Assembly: GCA_964016885.1 (NCBI GenBank)
Contig: OZ024742.1
Location: 150,288,001-150,352,000 of the forward strand
Source: Eledone cirrhosa
Lineage: Eukaryota
Length of the DNA: 64,000 nt
Direction of reading: 5' to 3'
In this document: positions 39,730-54,418 of the stretch, piece after piece
Numbering within the stretch: position 1 is the first letter of the stretch
Layout: every line of letters begins with the position of its first letter
Program-made: the position numbers and the translations under genes
Notes under the pieces: model-generated
What the model saw: the letters and a program-made list of their open reading frames with translations, nothing else
Database searches by the model: none
Told to the model about the DNA's origin: nothing

Positions 39730-40467
39730 ATCAGCCAGTTTAATACCACCAACTAGCTTTTGGATGTTTAATAAGTAAGAAAAGATTGAAACTATATTAT
39801 ATACATGACTATATTTGTATCTTATAGTATGGTTAACTATATATATATATATATATATATATTATGCAGACAGTGTATCTACTGACAGTTTGGTCCTCTG
39901 CACGTATATATTTCAGTGCAGAAGTAAATGATAAAGTAGAAAATTAAACTTTCCAGTTGTTGTCTTCCTGTTTCTTCTACAACAACTACAACGGTACGCG
40001 ATGGGGCCCACCCAGAGCCCCGGTGGACAGAATGGAGAAGGTGTTTCCCCGGAGGACGGCAAGGGAGATGCGCTGGAAAAGCTACTCCAACTCTTGTATA
40101 GAGGTCCACTCTGTTGTACATGCTCATGTCAGGTTCAACCAGTTTAACACCAACATCAACCTCTAGGATGTTTTTATAGATTTGCAAACATTCAAATCAG
40201 GTCTCCGGTACGAAAATAATTTTTCACTCTTTCTCCAACCACTCTCAGAATTCTTGTGTAATGTCATAGGCTCTGCACTTCCTCCTCTGAGGTCTGAAAA
40301 TAACTTTCTCCTTTTATTTATCCAATCTTAAAATACTGATTACGATTACAACCGCTACACTTCCTTCTCTAAGTCATAACATTTATTTTAATAGAATTCA
40401 TCTAAATACCGATTCTATAAAAAAGGAAAGAACTGAGTGACTGTTATGAAGAATTATTTCGGCTTAC

Positions 40468-40635
40468 CTTTCGGTCTATTCCAATAATCGTGCATCTCCA
40501 TGCGTGTGTGGACTTTCAAGCATGCGTAGCAGTTACCTATTTTTGCCGGTGGTTTGTTGTCTTCATCACACGTATCTACAACGCTACCACGATATCTGTT
40601 GCATTCGTAGCAGGTTATATTTCCCGGTTTCAGGT
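40468..40635 (-). CDS. Internal coding exon of the Ly6/three-finger (quiver-like) gene
   Basis: ttcAG acceptor and G|GTAAG donor, 168 nt, phase 1-1. Translation LKPGNITCYECNRYRGSVVDTCDEDNKPPAKIGNCYACLKVHTRMEMHDYWNRPK joins in frame to exon 22019-21802. Confidence 0.87.
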
Positions 40636-40879
40636 CTGAATGTTCAAGAAAAAAAAAACAATATCAATTCACTGTATTATTGAAGAAGCAAGAAAAATAA
40701 TGGTTATATAAATGCAGAAATGAAATGTTATAGTGGGTAAAATATGAGAGTTAGTAACTTATAGGCCATTGTTGGAATTGGTTGAAGGCCCTCCGCTGTT
40801 TTCTTTTAGGTAAGCAGCCAGATACTGCATTATACCACCCTTACTGAACTTAGAGCGCGGCCCCATCAAAAAAATGTGT

Positions 40880-41048
40880 GCTGGGCCTACATTTGCTAAG
40901 GCAACGGTTGTTTCAGCTGATACGATTAATGAAACAGCCAGTTCGTGAAATTAATATGCAAGTGGAGGAGCACTCCACAGACACGTGTACCTTTAATGTA
41001 GTTACGAGGGAGATTCAATGAGTGACATGGCCCTTTGAATCACAGATA

Positions 41049-41050
<2 letters not shown>
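40880..41050 (-). mobile_element. SINE family B 3' fragment
   Basis: Reverse-complement homology to 14520-14700. Confidence 0.6.
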
Positions 41051-41136
<86 letters not shown>

Positions 41137-42152
41137 AGCGGCCCCCCGGCCTATACTGTGCTAGAATCTATTTATAAGGTACCTATTGGCATCTATCGTA
41201 ATGCCAAATTATCCTTGAAATAAAATGTTAAAAGGTATTTAAATATTGCATAACAGTTTAAAAATATTTATTTAGAATATCTAGATACAAAAGTAATAAA
41301 GAAAATAAGAGAAAAATGTATTCTACAAAAATTATAAAACATTTACAGAACTTCAGTATAAACAATGTTTTAACCTTTTTCTTTGGAACATATATGAAGA
41401 GTTTGTGGGGTTTTCCTAGTCTGGAATAACCTACATATAATTGACTAAGTGGAAAACAGCATCTTCTAGATGGAGACCGAGAATCTGCAGGGTTTGACCT
41501 TGGACTTGATAATGTGAAAGATGTTTAAATCAAGTGGTTCCTGTGCTTGAAGCTTTTTTTAAGTGAAGAAAGAAAGGCCGTACACATACACACACGGAAG
41601 GCAAGTAAATTGGCCATTGAAAATTAAATGTTCTCTTATTTCTCCCCGTGACACTGTGGGACACTTGTGACAGGATATAAATAATGGACAGCCAGCTGAG
41701 CCATCCTCTGTTTTTTTTTCAATGGCCATAAATATCACGAATCAGAGCCTGGTGACAGGTTCAGCGTCCAGAAGTTATAAAATATTTGCTTAAGCCGACA
41801 AGTCGCACTACTTAATATGAAAAATCTCTTGACCTCAATACAAAGAGATGCCTTGTAAATTCTTTTTTACGTTTCGTTTGACGTGTTTTTATCTTCTTGC
41901 CATAACATCTCATTTGCAAACGAACATTAATTAATATGTAAACAACACAATATAAACTAGTTTAAACCAAAACCTATTGAATATCCTGTAACAAATGCTA
42001 AAGAGTAATGTAAATATGCCTCGTGTAGCTGTCCCGGGAGAGTCTTGTGTGTGTACACACACATTCACACACACAAATGTATGAATATATATATATATAT
42101 GAATATATTAATTCAAAATATTAACAAATATAGACATTCGTGTGATCAAGTA

Positions 42153-42219
42153 TATTTTATTATACATATTTCAGAAGTACTGAGCTATCTTCAACAGTAC
42201 GTCCTCATCAGATAAAATA
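42153..42219 (-). ncRNA. Minimal type I hammerhead ribozyme motif
   Basis: tattttat-CTGATGA-ggacgtactg...cagtacttct-GAAA-tatgta-TA-ataaaata; perfect 8-bp stem I. Confidence 0.82.
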
Positions 42220-42431
42220 AGATGATGCTTGACATACCTTGACTAAGTAGATGGTTAAAATTCAGTCATGGCAGTGAGTAAGATAGGACAAAACTCAATA
42301 TTTATATACCTTAAGATTGAGACATGAAAAAATTACATATAATACAGAGGGTGCGCGTGAGAAAGCTTATAAATATACATAATAATAAACAACTAACCAT
42401 CTACTTAGTCAAGGTATGTCAAGCATCATCT

Positions 42432-42498
42432 TATTTTATCTGATGAGGACATACTGTTGAAGATAGCTCAGTACCTCTGAAATATGTATACTAAAATA
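42432..42498 (+). ncRNA. Minimal type I hammerhead ribozyme motif
   Basis: Inverted partner of 42153-42219 with three substitutions. Confidence 0.7.
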
Positions 42499-42670
42499 TA
42501 CTTGATCACACGAATGTCTATATTTGTTAATATTTTGAATTAATATTAATAACTCCGGAAAACCATTGCTGTGGAGTGCTTCGAATCTATTGTAAAACTT
42601 TATTCATTGAACCTTGAACCTTTAAATATATATGAATATATATATATATATATTCATATATATATATATA

Positions 42671-42710
<40 letters not shown>

Positions 42711-42752
42711 TATATATATATATGAATATATATATATTCATATATATATATA

Positions 42753-42828
<76 letters not shown>

Positions 42829-43035
42829 TATATATATATATTCATATATATTTATATGAATATATATGTATATTCATATATATATATATTCATATATGTG
42901 TGTGTGTGTGCACGCGCGCACACACAAGACTCTCTCGGGACAAAGATGGTGTGGTAAGATACCAGGCGGACCATAACGCACCAGAGTACTCGATACTCAG
43001 AGTACTCGGAGCTCAGCCGTCGGGGTCCTGACTCT

Positions 43036-43080
<45 letters not shown>

Positions 43081-43087
43081 TACATAG

Positions 43088-43190
43088 ACTATCCGGAATA
43101 AACATCGAAGAAGTCGCCCACATCATAAGCAGCTGTCCAAAGATGTCATTACTATACTATCTACTTATGAGCCATGATGTAGTGGTCAAG
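43088..43190 (+). mobile_element. Small R4/Dong fragment (zinc knuckle to RHD region)
   Basis: Similar to 10405-10505; follows catacata. Confidence 0.7.
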
Positions 43191-44363
43191 AGATTAGTTG
43201 CATACTTAACATGAGTAGCTAAGTGGTTAGCTGCACATTAATGAGTTACAGGGTTCGACCCCCTCGAGCAGTATTTTGACCAAATGTCTTTGCCACTGCA
43301 TAGAGTCCACCCAAGCCTTGTGAATGAATTTAGGTAACTGGGTAGAGGAACACTTTGTTGTATTCCGTCTGATATGACCATCAGATATAGGTTGTCTTAC
43401 CTGATGGCCATTTTTAACATATGACATTTTTTGGGGACCTTAATCTTCAACGGTAATTTGATCATTAATAGTTTGGGCATCTTATACCTGCCGGAGCCCA
43501 TCCCTTCTGAACACACGATTTCTTCCAATGGAAGAGAGAGAGAAAAGGAGGTGATGGAGGGGGAGTGGGAAAGAGATATAGAGGAAAAATCTAGCCCAAT
43601 TCTGGAATGGTACGTTTTTCTATCGAGCTCGAAAGGATGAAAGGCAATGTTGTTTTCAGCGGAATTTGAACTCAGAGTATAAAGAACCGGAAAGAATACA
43701 GCGAAATATCCTATCTGATGTTATAATGGCTGTGTCATGTCGCTCCCATGTTTGTTGATAAATTGCCACCAATAGCTTTCAGAATTTTTTACTGTCTTCC
43801 TCCTACCTACTTGAATATTGAAGACCACCATTAAATAGTTTAGTGAAATTCGTTATCTTTTCAAGCTAATAGTCACTGAAATAAATTCACCCCCACAACA
43901 CTTAAGATAAACAGCTCATAGTATATCACTTATCCACATTAACATCTTTCATTTTAATCTAATTTGTTTGATATAGCCATCCGTCTATATAAGTATTTTC
44001 CAGAACTCTAGGTGCCCTATAGATGTGCGTGTGTGAGTGTGTGCGCGCCTATGGGTGACAGATTTTTTATGTGTTATAGCTGCTTGTACCAGCTACATTG
44101 TTATCTTTATGCCCCTCCCTACATGCTTTGTTGTCTTGTCTTTTCTATGCTGTCGAAGTACCGTTCGCTCTCCAGCAGGTTTACCGCTGAACCACTAGAT
44201 CTTAGCTTTTTACGAGGTATAGTGGATCTTCATGGGTTTCAAAGGTGATTTTGTTCTCATATGATAATTATTTCTATATTTCTGACTACAGTGCTTTTTA
44301 TAGAAGTGTTATATATGCCAAGCAGGTTGTAGAACATAACTGAAATGATAATAGAGTTAGTTA

Positions 44364-44403
44364 CTTTCTGATGAGAAGACAATAATCCCTGAAAAGCGTA
44401 AAG
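44364..44403 (+). ncRNA. Degenerate hammerhead motif
   Basis: cttt-CTGATGA-gaagacaataatccct-GAAA-agcg-TA-aag; stems II and III are eroded. Confidence 0.3.
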
Positions 44404-44657
44404 ATGATTTTTATGCTTTTCTGAACACAGAAGGTATAGTGCTTACGTGATCTGTTATTCAGACGAGGCTTCTCAGTCAAGAACTATAATTATATTTACA
44501 GTAAATTTTCCTTTTAAAAATCTTCTAACATACGCTGTGTAATGATCAAGGCATAATCTATATAAGACCACATTTTCTAATGTAATATTTGAAGACTTTA
44601 GTATATGATTCAAGGGAGGGATGGCTACTCTATTTAGCAGGTTAAACACCGCAGGTT

Positions 44658-44713
<56 letters not shown>

Positions 44714-44909
44714 CATGGCTTGCAATTTCCGAAGTACTTAATATTAAGTAACATTTATATTTAGGATCCAGACATTGAACATTACGCGCATATTAATTCA
44801 GATTTTTCGCTGGAAGCATTCGTTTTTACTTGAACTTTCTCAATAGAATTATTTCGATTAGTCACGTGGTTTCGCGCACAATGTAAACCAACATATCTAC
44901 GCACACAGA

Positions 44910-44970
44910 AATATATATATACACATATATATATATACATATATACATATTTACATATATACATATTTAC

Positions 44971-45001
<31 letters not shown>

Positions 45002-45086
45002 TATATACATATATACATATTTACATATATATATATACACATATATATATGTACATATATACATATTTACATATATACATATTTAC

Positions 45087-45117
<31 letters not shown>

Positions 45118-45246
45118 CATATATATACATATATATACATATATATATATATACATATACATATATATACATATATATACATATATATATATATACATAT
45201 ACATATATATACATATATACATGTACATATATATACATATATATAC

Positions 45247-45277
<31 letters not shown>

Positions 45278-45361
45278 CATATATATACATATATATACAT
45301 ATATATATATACATATATATATACAAATATATATATACATATATATATACATATATATACA

Positions 45362-45397
<36 letters not shown>

Positions 45398-45528
45398 CAT
45401 ATATACATATATATATACATATATACATATATACATATATATATATACATATATATATACATATATACATATATACATATATATATATACATATATATAT
45501 ACATATATATATATACATATATATATAC

Positions 45529-45559
<31 letters not shown>

Positions 45560-46034
45560 CATATATATATATACATATATATATATACATATATATATAC
45601 ATATATACATATATATATACATATATATATACATATATATATATACATATATATATATACATATATATATATACATATATATATACATATATATATATAC
45701 ATATATATATATACATATATACATATATACATATACATATATATACATATACACATATATACATATACATATACATATATACATATATACATATATATAT
45801 ACACATATATACATATATATATACACATATATACATATATATATACACATATATATATATATATACACATATATATATACACATATATATATACATATAT
45901 ATATATACATATATACATATATATATATACATATATATATATACATATATACATATATATATATACATATATATACATATATATATATACATATATATAC
46001 ATATATACATATATATATATATATACATATATAC

Positions 46035-46065
<31 letters not shown>

Positions 46066-46194
46066 CATATACATATATATATATACATATATATATATAC
46101 ATATACATATATACATATACATATATATATATATACATATATATACATATATATACATATATACATATATACATATATATAGATATATATATAC

Positions 46195-46271
<77 letters not shown>

Positions 46272-46304
46272 CATATATACATATACATATATATACATAT
46301 ATAC

Positions 46305-46337
<33 letters not shown>

Positions 46338-46410
46338 CATATATATATACATATATACATATATACATATACATATATATACATATATATATATATATAC
46401 ATATATATAC

Positions 46411-46443
<33 letters not shown>

Positions 46444-46501
46444 CATATATATACATATATATACATATATACAATATACATATATATAGATATATATATA
46501 C

Positions 46502-46552
<51 letters not shown>

Positions 46553-46575
46553 CATATATACATATACATACATAT

Positions 46576-46608
<33 letters not shown>

Positions 46609-46747
46609 TATATACATATATATACATATATATATATATATACATATATACATATATATATACATATATACATATATACATATATATATACATATACACA
46701 TATATACATACATATATACATATATATATACATATACATATATATAC

Positions 46748-46826
<79 letters not shown>

Positions 46827-49130
46827 CATATATATATATACATATATATATACATATATACATATATATATACATATATATATATACATATATATATATA
46901 CATATATATATATACATATATATATACATATATATATATACATATATATATATACATATACACATATATACATATACATATACATATATACATATATATA
47001 TACACATATATACATATATATATACACATATATATATATATACACATATATATATACACATATATATATACATATATATATATATACATATATATATACA
47101 CATATATATATACACATATATATATACACATATATATATACACATATATATATACACATATATATATACATATATACACATATATATGGTGGCTGCCAAC
47201 TCGTTTTCGAGTACGGCCACTACTTTATATCCATGTAGGAGAACCCCTACCGATGCGCTGAACGAGTGTGACTTTTTAGTCCAGCCAGCGACTTGAAAAC
47301 TCTGGTACAAACACTACACTTGTGACAATTACTGACACATAGTGCTGGGCCCATGGTACCATGTGACGACAAGTGCAGAGAGATCTCCAGATATAAAGCA
47401 ATGCCTGTGCCGTGAAGCTTTTATAGTGAGCAAAGGCACTGCACAAAGCCAGTCCCACTCTCTTAACCAAGATGATATTTACCAAAAAGAAGAACAAGTC
47501 AACATCATTGGATACCATCAGGGTTGCAGGTGTTATATCAGAGTTTTCCTTCTCCTAGAATTCTGCCTTGACAAAGGCTAAGGGGTCATCTCTCCCGGTG
47601 ATTTTGGATGGCCATTGACTCTTAAGAGTTCCTTTGCCCTTTGACAGGTTTTGTTTTTAGTCCTGCAGGATGTCCAAAGTCACCCTCCTCACCAAGAAAC
47701 CTTGGTGGGGTTGCCAGTTTAGTCGCCAACGACCCGACCATGGGACAGGTTGTACTGGGATACATGTTACCAGTAGCACCAACTGGTGACCTGACATAAC
47801 ACATATATATATACACATATATATATACATATATACACATATATATACACATATATATATACATATATATATATACATATATATATACACATATATATAT
47901 ACATATATATATATATACATATATACATATACACATATATATATATACATATACACATATATATATACATATATGTATATATATATACATATATGTATAT
48001 ATATACATATATATATATACACATATATATATGTGTATATATATATGTATATATATATACACATATATATACACATATATATATACACATATATATATAT
48101 ACATATATATACACATATATATACATATATATACACATATATATACATATATATACACATATATATAAAGATATATATATACATATATATATACATATAT
48201 ATATACATATATATATATACATATATATATACATATATATACATATATATATACATATATATATATACATATATATATACAAATATATATATACATATAT
48301 ATATACATATATATATACATATATAAATATACAAATATATATATACATATATATACATATATAAATATACATATATATATACATATATATATATATACAT
48401 ATATATATATACATATATATATATATACATATATATATACATATATATATACATATATATGCATATATATATATACATATATATATATACATATACATAT
48501 ATATATATGTATATACATATAAATATGTATATATATATGTATATATGTATATATATATATACATATATATACATATACATATATACATATATATACATGT
48601 ATACATACATATTTATATACATAAATACATATACATATATATACATATATATATATATACACATATTTATATACCTAAATACATATACATATATATACAT
48701 ATATATATATACACATATATATATATATACATATATACATATATACATATATACATATATACATATATATACATATATATATATACATATTTACATATAT
48801 ATACATATATATATATACATATTTATATACATATACATATATATATATACATATTTATATACATATATAAACATATATACATATTTATATACATATATAA
48901 ACATATATACATATTTATATACATATATAAACATATATACATATTTATATACATATATAAACATATATACATATTTATATACATATAAATATATATATAT
49001 ATACATATATATATACATATTTATATACATATATATATATACATATTTATATACATAATTATATACATATATAAATATATATATATACATATATATACAT
49101 ACATATATATATATACATATATATATATAC
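44910..49130. repeat. Multi-kb (TA)n/(TACA) compound microsatellite, interrupted at 47187-47800
   Basis: Direct reading; it explains the long YI-repeat ORFs. Confidence 0.97.
47187..47800 (-). mobile_element. Bipartite non-autonomous RTE-derived element (RTE-like 5' UTR fused to RTE 3' end)
   Basis: Minus strand has TAGGAGAAGGAAAACTCTGA (RTE 5' UTR-like) followed by the C2H2-encoding 3' end shared with 6704-7053. Confidence 0.7.
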
Positions 49131-49163
49131 AGAAACACATACAGTAATCTTTTTGATATTACT

Positions 49164-50666
49164 ATGGGTTCAAGCGATTCCGCCCAAATTACTGATCTTG
49201 TGGGCCTCTTTCTCCTTTTCAACATAAATGCCTCTTTTCCCCACCTCAAAGGTGGTTTATATCGTGATGACTGTCTTCTTCTTTCTAACAACCTTAGCCT
49301 TTCAGAAATCGAAAAAAACAAAAAACATATTAGAACTTTCCTTAAAGACTATTATAATCTTAATATTACTTTTGAAAAAACAAGTAAAGTAGTAAATTTC
49401 CTAGATATAACTTTAGATTTAGCTACGGGTATATACCAACCTTACCATAAACCTAACCAAAACTTACATTACATACACTCACAATCTAATCACCCTAAAT
49501 CTATCCTTAAAAACCTTGCATATAATATATCACTTAGAATTTCTAACCTCTCTTCTAACCAAGATGTATTTGATAAAAATGCGACCTTTTATAATGAAGC
49601 TCTAGATAGAAGTGGCCACAAAAATAGATTAGAGTATATACCTTCTACTAAAAATACTGAAAGCATACAGCATAATATTACCAACAAACACCAAATGAAA
49701 AGTACACACCTAAATGCCACCCACAATATACCCCAAAATACTAAATCTTCTAATATAAAGTATAGTAACCCTCAAAAAACTACTCATCATACAACTATAA
49801 TAAATAGTAATAATAAAACTCCTAATAAAAAAGATAAAACACCTAAATCTACAAATATAACTAAAAATAGTTGTGGTGAGATCATTAACATTAATCCTCC
49901 TAGTAAAAATCATGATACAACCTATAAAAATAATAAAAATAATAAACAACATAGAAACCGTAATAGACGAGTTACTTGGTATAATGCTCCTTTTAATTTA
50001 CAAGTTAAGGATAATATTGCTAAAAAATTTTTTTATATCCTTGAGAAAAACTTCCCGCCAAACCACAAATACCATCAAATCTTAAATAGGTCTACAGTTA
50101 AATTCTCATACTCTACAACAAATAACATAAAACAAAATATAAGTGCATTTAATGCATATAAATGTAAGAAAACCATAAGTATACCACCAGTACATCAAAT
50201 TAACAATAATATCTCCTCAAATACAGAATTAACGAAAGGATGTAACTGTAGAAACAAAACAAACTGCCCATTAAAAGGGAATTGTCTTGTTAACAACATA
50301 GTCTATAAATGTAATGTTAAAACTAAAGATTCTATTTGCTCATATATAGGAGCTACCTCTAACAATTTTAAGACAAGGTTTAATACCCACAAGCATAGTT
50401 TTAAAAATGCCGCACTGGCTAATACAACATCTCTAGCAGAAAAAATCAATAGTTATAAAAATAAGAATATAAAATATGATTTGACCTGGAGTGTGCTCAA
50501 AAGAGCCACCCCTTATCAAAATAATAGAAAGGAATGTAGATTATGTTCCCAAGAACTATTTGAAATAATGAAGTCTAAGGATATCTTATTAAATAAACGA
50601 CAGGAATTAATTATATCGTGTAATCATAAACTAAAAAAAACATTTAAATATTATAAACCTAATTAA
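49164..50666 (+). CDS. Penelope-like RT (C-terminal half) and GIY-YIG endonuclease, 500 aa open frame, N-terminally truncated
   Basis: (T)MGSSDS, GLYRDD, VNFLDITL, YHKP, HSQSNHP, CNCRNKTNCPLKGNC, IVYKC...SYIGATSNNFKTRFNTH, CRLC..E...I...LLNKR. Confidence 0.93.
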   Translation: MGSSDSAQITDLVGLFLLFNINASFPHLKGGLYRDDCLLLSNNLSLSEIEKNKKHIRTFLKDYYNLNITFEKTSKVVNFLDITLDLATGIYQPYHKPNQNLHYIHSQSNHPKSILKNLAYNISLRISNLSSNQDVFDKNATFYNEALDRSGHKNRLEYIPSTKNTESIQHNITNKHQMKSTHLNATHNIPQNTKSSNIKYSNPQKTTHHTTIINSNNKTPNKKDKTPKSTNITKNSCGEIININPPSKNHDTTYKNNKNNKQHRNRNRRVTWYNAPFNLQVKDNIAKKFFYILEKNFPPNHKYHQILNRSTVKFSYSTTNNIKQNISAFNAYKCKKTISIPPVHQINNNISSNTELTKGCNCRNKTNCPLKGNCLVNNIVYKCNVKTKDSICSYIGATSNNFKTRFNTHKHSFKNAALANTTSLAEKINSYKNKNIKYDLTWSVLKRATPYQNNRKECRLCSQELFEIMKSKDILLNKRQELIISCNHKLKKTFKYYKPN

Positions 50667-51196
50667 TAACATTATTCTAGAAATTAATTTAATTTAAATG
50701 TTAGTTAACCTATAAATTTAATTTAATTAATATTTTTATTACAGATGAGAAAATATTATGTAATCATAAATTGTGAAAAACCTTTAAATATTACTAATAT
50801 ATACTTAGTAATTTAATTTATAGATTAATTTTAATTTATTTAAACCTTTTATTATAATTCTTTTACAGATAAAATATAGCAAAATAATATCATGTTTCCA
50901 ATGACGGAGAAATAATTTTTAGTATTATAGACCTAATTAATATACATTTTGGAAATATATTTATTATTTGGTTTTAGTTTTAATCAACCTAAAAATTTTA
51001 ATTTTAATTTGCTTAAAATTAGTATCCTTATACAGACGAATTGCAGAATGTCATGTAATCATAGAATGGGATGTGTTTTGGATATATACCTAGTTAATAT
51101 ATTCTGTGCAATTTTTTGAAAAAGATATGTATATGTATATGTGTATGTATATGTGTGTGTTGTGTATGTGTATCTGTATGTATGTATATATGTGTA

Positions 51197-51243
<47 letters not shown>

Positions 51244-52389
51244 ATATGTATGTATATGTGTATGTGTATGTATATGTATTTGTATGCGTATTAATTTTGA
51301 TTTCTATTTGCATATAATTATATTATGCTATTGATGAAATACAATATCTGATTTATGTATTGTATACCTAATTAACATATACTAATTAACGTATACTATT
51401 GAAATAAATATATAATTTTTAATTTAGTTAACATATAATTTATATGCTACTACCGATGTAATACTTTATTTTATTTTTATTTGGGTTTCTTTTCCCTATT
51501 ACTAAATTCATCTCCTAATATTGATACCATAACGTTATTAACTTTAATTTAGTTATACTGTAATTAATAATCTACTACTGTTTGACTTCAAAATTCTGCT
51601 TCAAATATTATAAACCTAACTAATTTACACCTTAGAAATCAATATGTTGACTATCTTTGGTTTAGTTAACATATGATTAATGGTATACTTATTTATTTTG
51701 AGATGCATAGATTTCGTATTTCCTAGCACTGAAAATATGTAAGAACATACATTGAATTAAGATACGGAAAATATTATATGTTTCTTGAAACATATATTTA
51801 CTTTGATCCCCTTCTCCAAACCCCCACTTTCCCCCATACTATTATCATCTGTATTTGTAAGCGTCTATGTATGAATATATATGTAGGTAGGTGTCTATAT
51901 AGGTTTGGATATTTATATCTAAATATAAAAATACATATATGAGCATGCAAATATGAATGTAAGATTGTGTGTGTATATATGATTGTACATACATATGTAT
52001 GTATATATATGTATATATATGCATTATATGTATGTGTATGTGAATGTGTTGTATGTATATGTGTATGTATGTGTATATATGTGTATGTATGTGTATGCTT
52101 GTATATATAGGAATATATATATGTGTATATATATATGTATATGTATATGCGTGTATGTATGTATGTGTATGTGTGTTGTGTATATATATGTATGTCTCTC
52201 TATTTATATGTTTATCTTCGTATCTATGTGATATATGTGTGTGTGTGTGCACGTATGCATATGTATGTGTTTGTGTGTGTTTGTATGTGTGTGTGTATAT
52301 ATGTGTATGTGCGCACACACACATACACATATATATATATATATGTGAGTGTGTATGTGTGTCTGTGTGTGTGTGTGTGTGTGTATGTG

Positions 52390-52427
<38 letters not shown>

Positions 52428-52893
52428 GATATATATATATATATATATAGGTGTCTATGTGTGAATATATGTCTTTATTCGTATGTGTGTATTTATGTAT
52501 GTATATATTTATGTGTATGTATGTATGTGTTTGTATGTATGTATATATATATATATATATATATGTATATGTATATATATATATGTATATTATTCTTTAT
52601 TATTATAATATAACTTATGTGTATATGTGTATAAGTGAAGTTGTGTATGTATATATAATATGTGTATATATAAGAGTAATAAAATATATATATATATATA
52701 TATGTGCATGTCTGTTTTTTATGTGTGTGTATATATATGTATGTATGTATATATATATATATATATATACGTGTGTGTATATAGATATATATATATATAT
52801 ACATGTGGGTGTTTGTATGTGTATTTATGGTGGTATGAGTGTGTGGATATATATGTTTATATATATATATATATATATATATGTATGAGTCTA

Positions 52894-52942
<49 letters not shown>

Positions 52943-53258
52943 ATATATATGTGTGTATATATATATATATGTGTATGTATGTGTGTATATATATATATCT
53001 CTATTAATGCGTGTGTGTATGTATATACATATGCCTTTTTATTATTATTTTTATTTGTATGTCTGAGTTTGGTGAGGTTGTATTGTTTTTTATGTATATA
53101 CACATATATGGAAGCGTATGTATTTATATATATGAGTATAAGTAGGTGCATATATATGTATGATTATATATCTAATTCTATGTATGAAGGTACATCTATA
53201 TATATATATATACGTGTGTATGTAAGTTGTGTGTGTATGTATCTATATGTCTATGTGA

Positions 53259-53300
<42 letters not shown>

Positions 53301-53391
53301 CGATGTGCGTATATGTATGTACATGTATGTACATGTATGTGTGTATGTATGTGTATGTATATTTAGATGTATGTGTATGTATATGTATATG

Positions 53392-53442
<51 letters not shown>

Positions 53443-54263
53443 ATATATATATATATGGATATATATCTTTATTATCTATTTTTTATATATATGTGTATGT
53501 GTGTATGTGTTGCGCGTGTGTGTGTGTATATATATATCTTTTTATATGTGTATGTGTATGTTCGTGTAAGTGTATGTGTGTGTATGACTGTATATGTATG
53601 TGTGTATGTGTGTATGCGTAAATATCTCTATGTGCGCGTACATGTATGTATGTGTGTATATATATCTGTATGTGTATGTATATTATATTATATTTATTAT
53701 ATTTCATTGTTTTATTTTTTTATTTTTCTTAATTTATAGATACATTTATATTAGGCAGTCTGCTCAGACAATTGAATACTGACCCCTCCCCCCCCCTCCC
53801 ACCTAATTTCTGTATCTTGATCTTGAAATGTGTGTGCCAGTGTTTTATGTGAGTGATTTAATTTCTATGTGCTTATGATTTTATATCCACATATATAAAT
53901 GTGAGTGGGGGAGTGTGTGTGTTTGTATGTTCGTGGTTATGTGTATATTTATGCATATACGCGCATGTATGTGTGATTATACTGATATGTGTGAGTATGA
54001 AAAAATATATTTATATGCTTGACTCCATAAGTATCAATGCGCATCTTATCAGCGCATTAAGCTTACAGAGATATTAACCTTGAAATTTTGTGTTTGCATC
54101 CATCTTTTTAGTATGCGTATACAAATTATACACACATTTTTGTAAAATATGTGTAAGGATTTTACATGTATATACACACACCGAACTGCTTTTAACCCTT
54201 TGTGTTTTCATTGGTCAATTTTGAACTGATATTTTGAATTGTTGTTATTATCAATAAATATAC

Positions 54264-54418
54264 TTCATTATTTCTGAAGACGGCGTATATATGTGTTAGG
54301 TATGTATATTTAATCTTGATAATTTGTATAATTTTGTATAATTTTGTACATAGATCTGTTGAATATGCATACCAATTATAACACATATATACCCTAGAAA
54401 CGATCGTTAAATAATGAA
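54264..54418 (+). ncRNA. Type I hammerhead ribozyme motif with a greatly extended stem II
   Basis: ttcattattt-CTGAAGA-[~115 nt; gtatatatgtgtt/aacacatatatac and ggtatgtatattt/gaatatgcatacc]-GAAA-cgatcg-TT-aaataatgaa; perfect 10-bp stem I. Confidence 0.8.

Larger units (their letters stand above)
42105..42546. repeat. Inverted repeat (arms ~42105-42257 and 42394-42546) with a hammerhead in each arm
   Basis: ~153-bp arms with few mismatches, flanked by TA-rich arrays. Confidence 0.93.

Noticed and set aside
39880-40200. GC-richer segment with ORFs on both strands
   Set aside because: No recognisable motifs or splice support; probably an old TE fragment.
45021-49058. Long YI/VC/HT-repeat ORFs (up to 747 aa), also at 3737-4086, 51845-53739, 54577-55809 and 58950-59541
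   Set aside because: They are translations of stop-free dinucleotide microsatellites, open in several frames on both strands.
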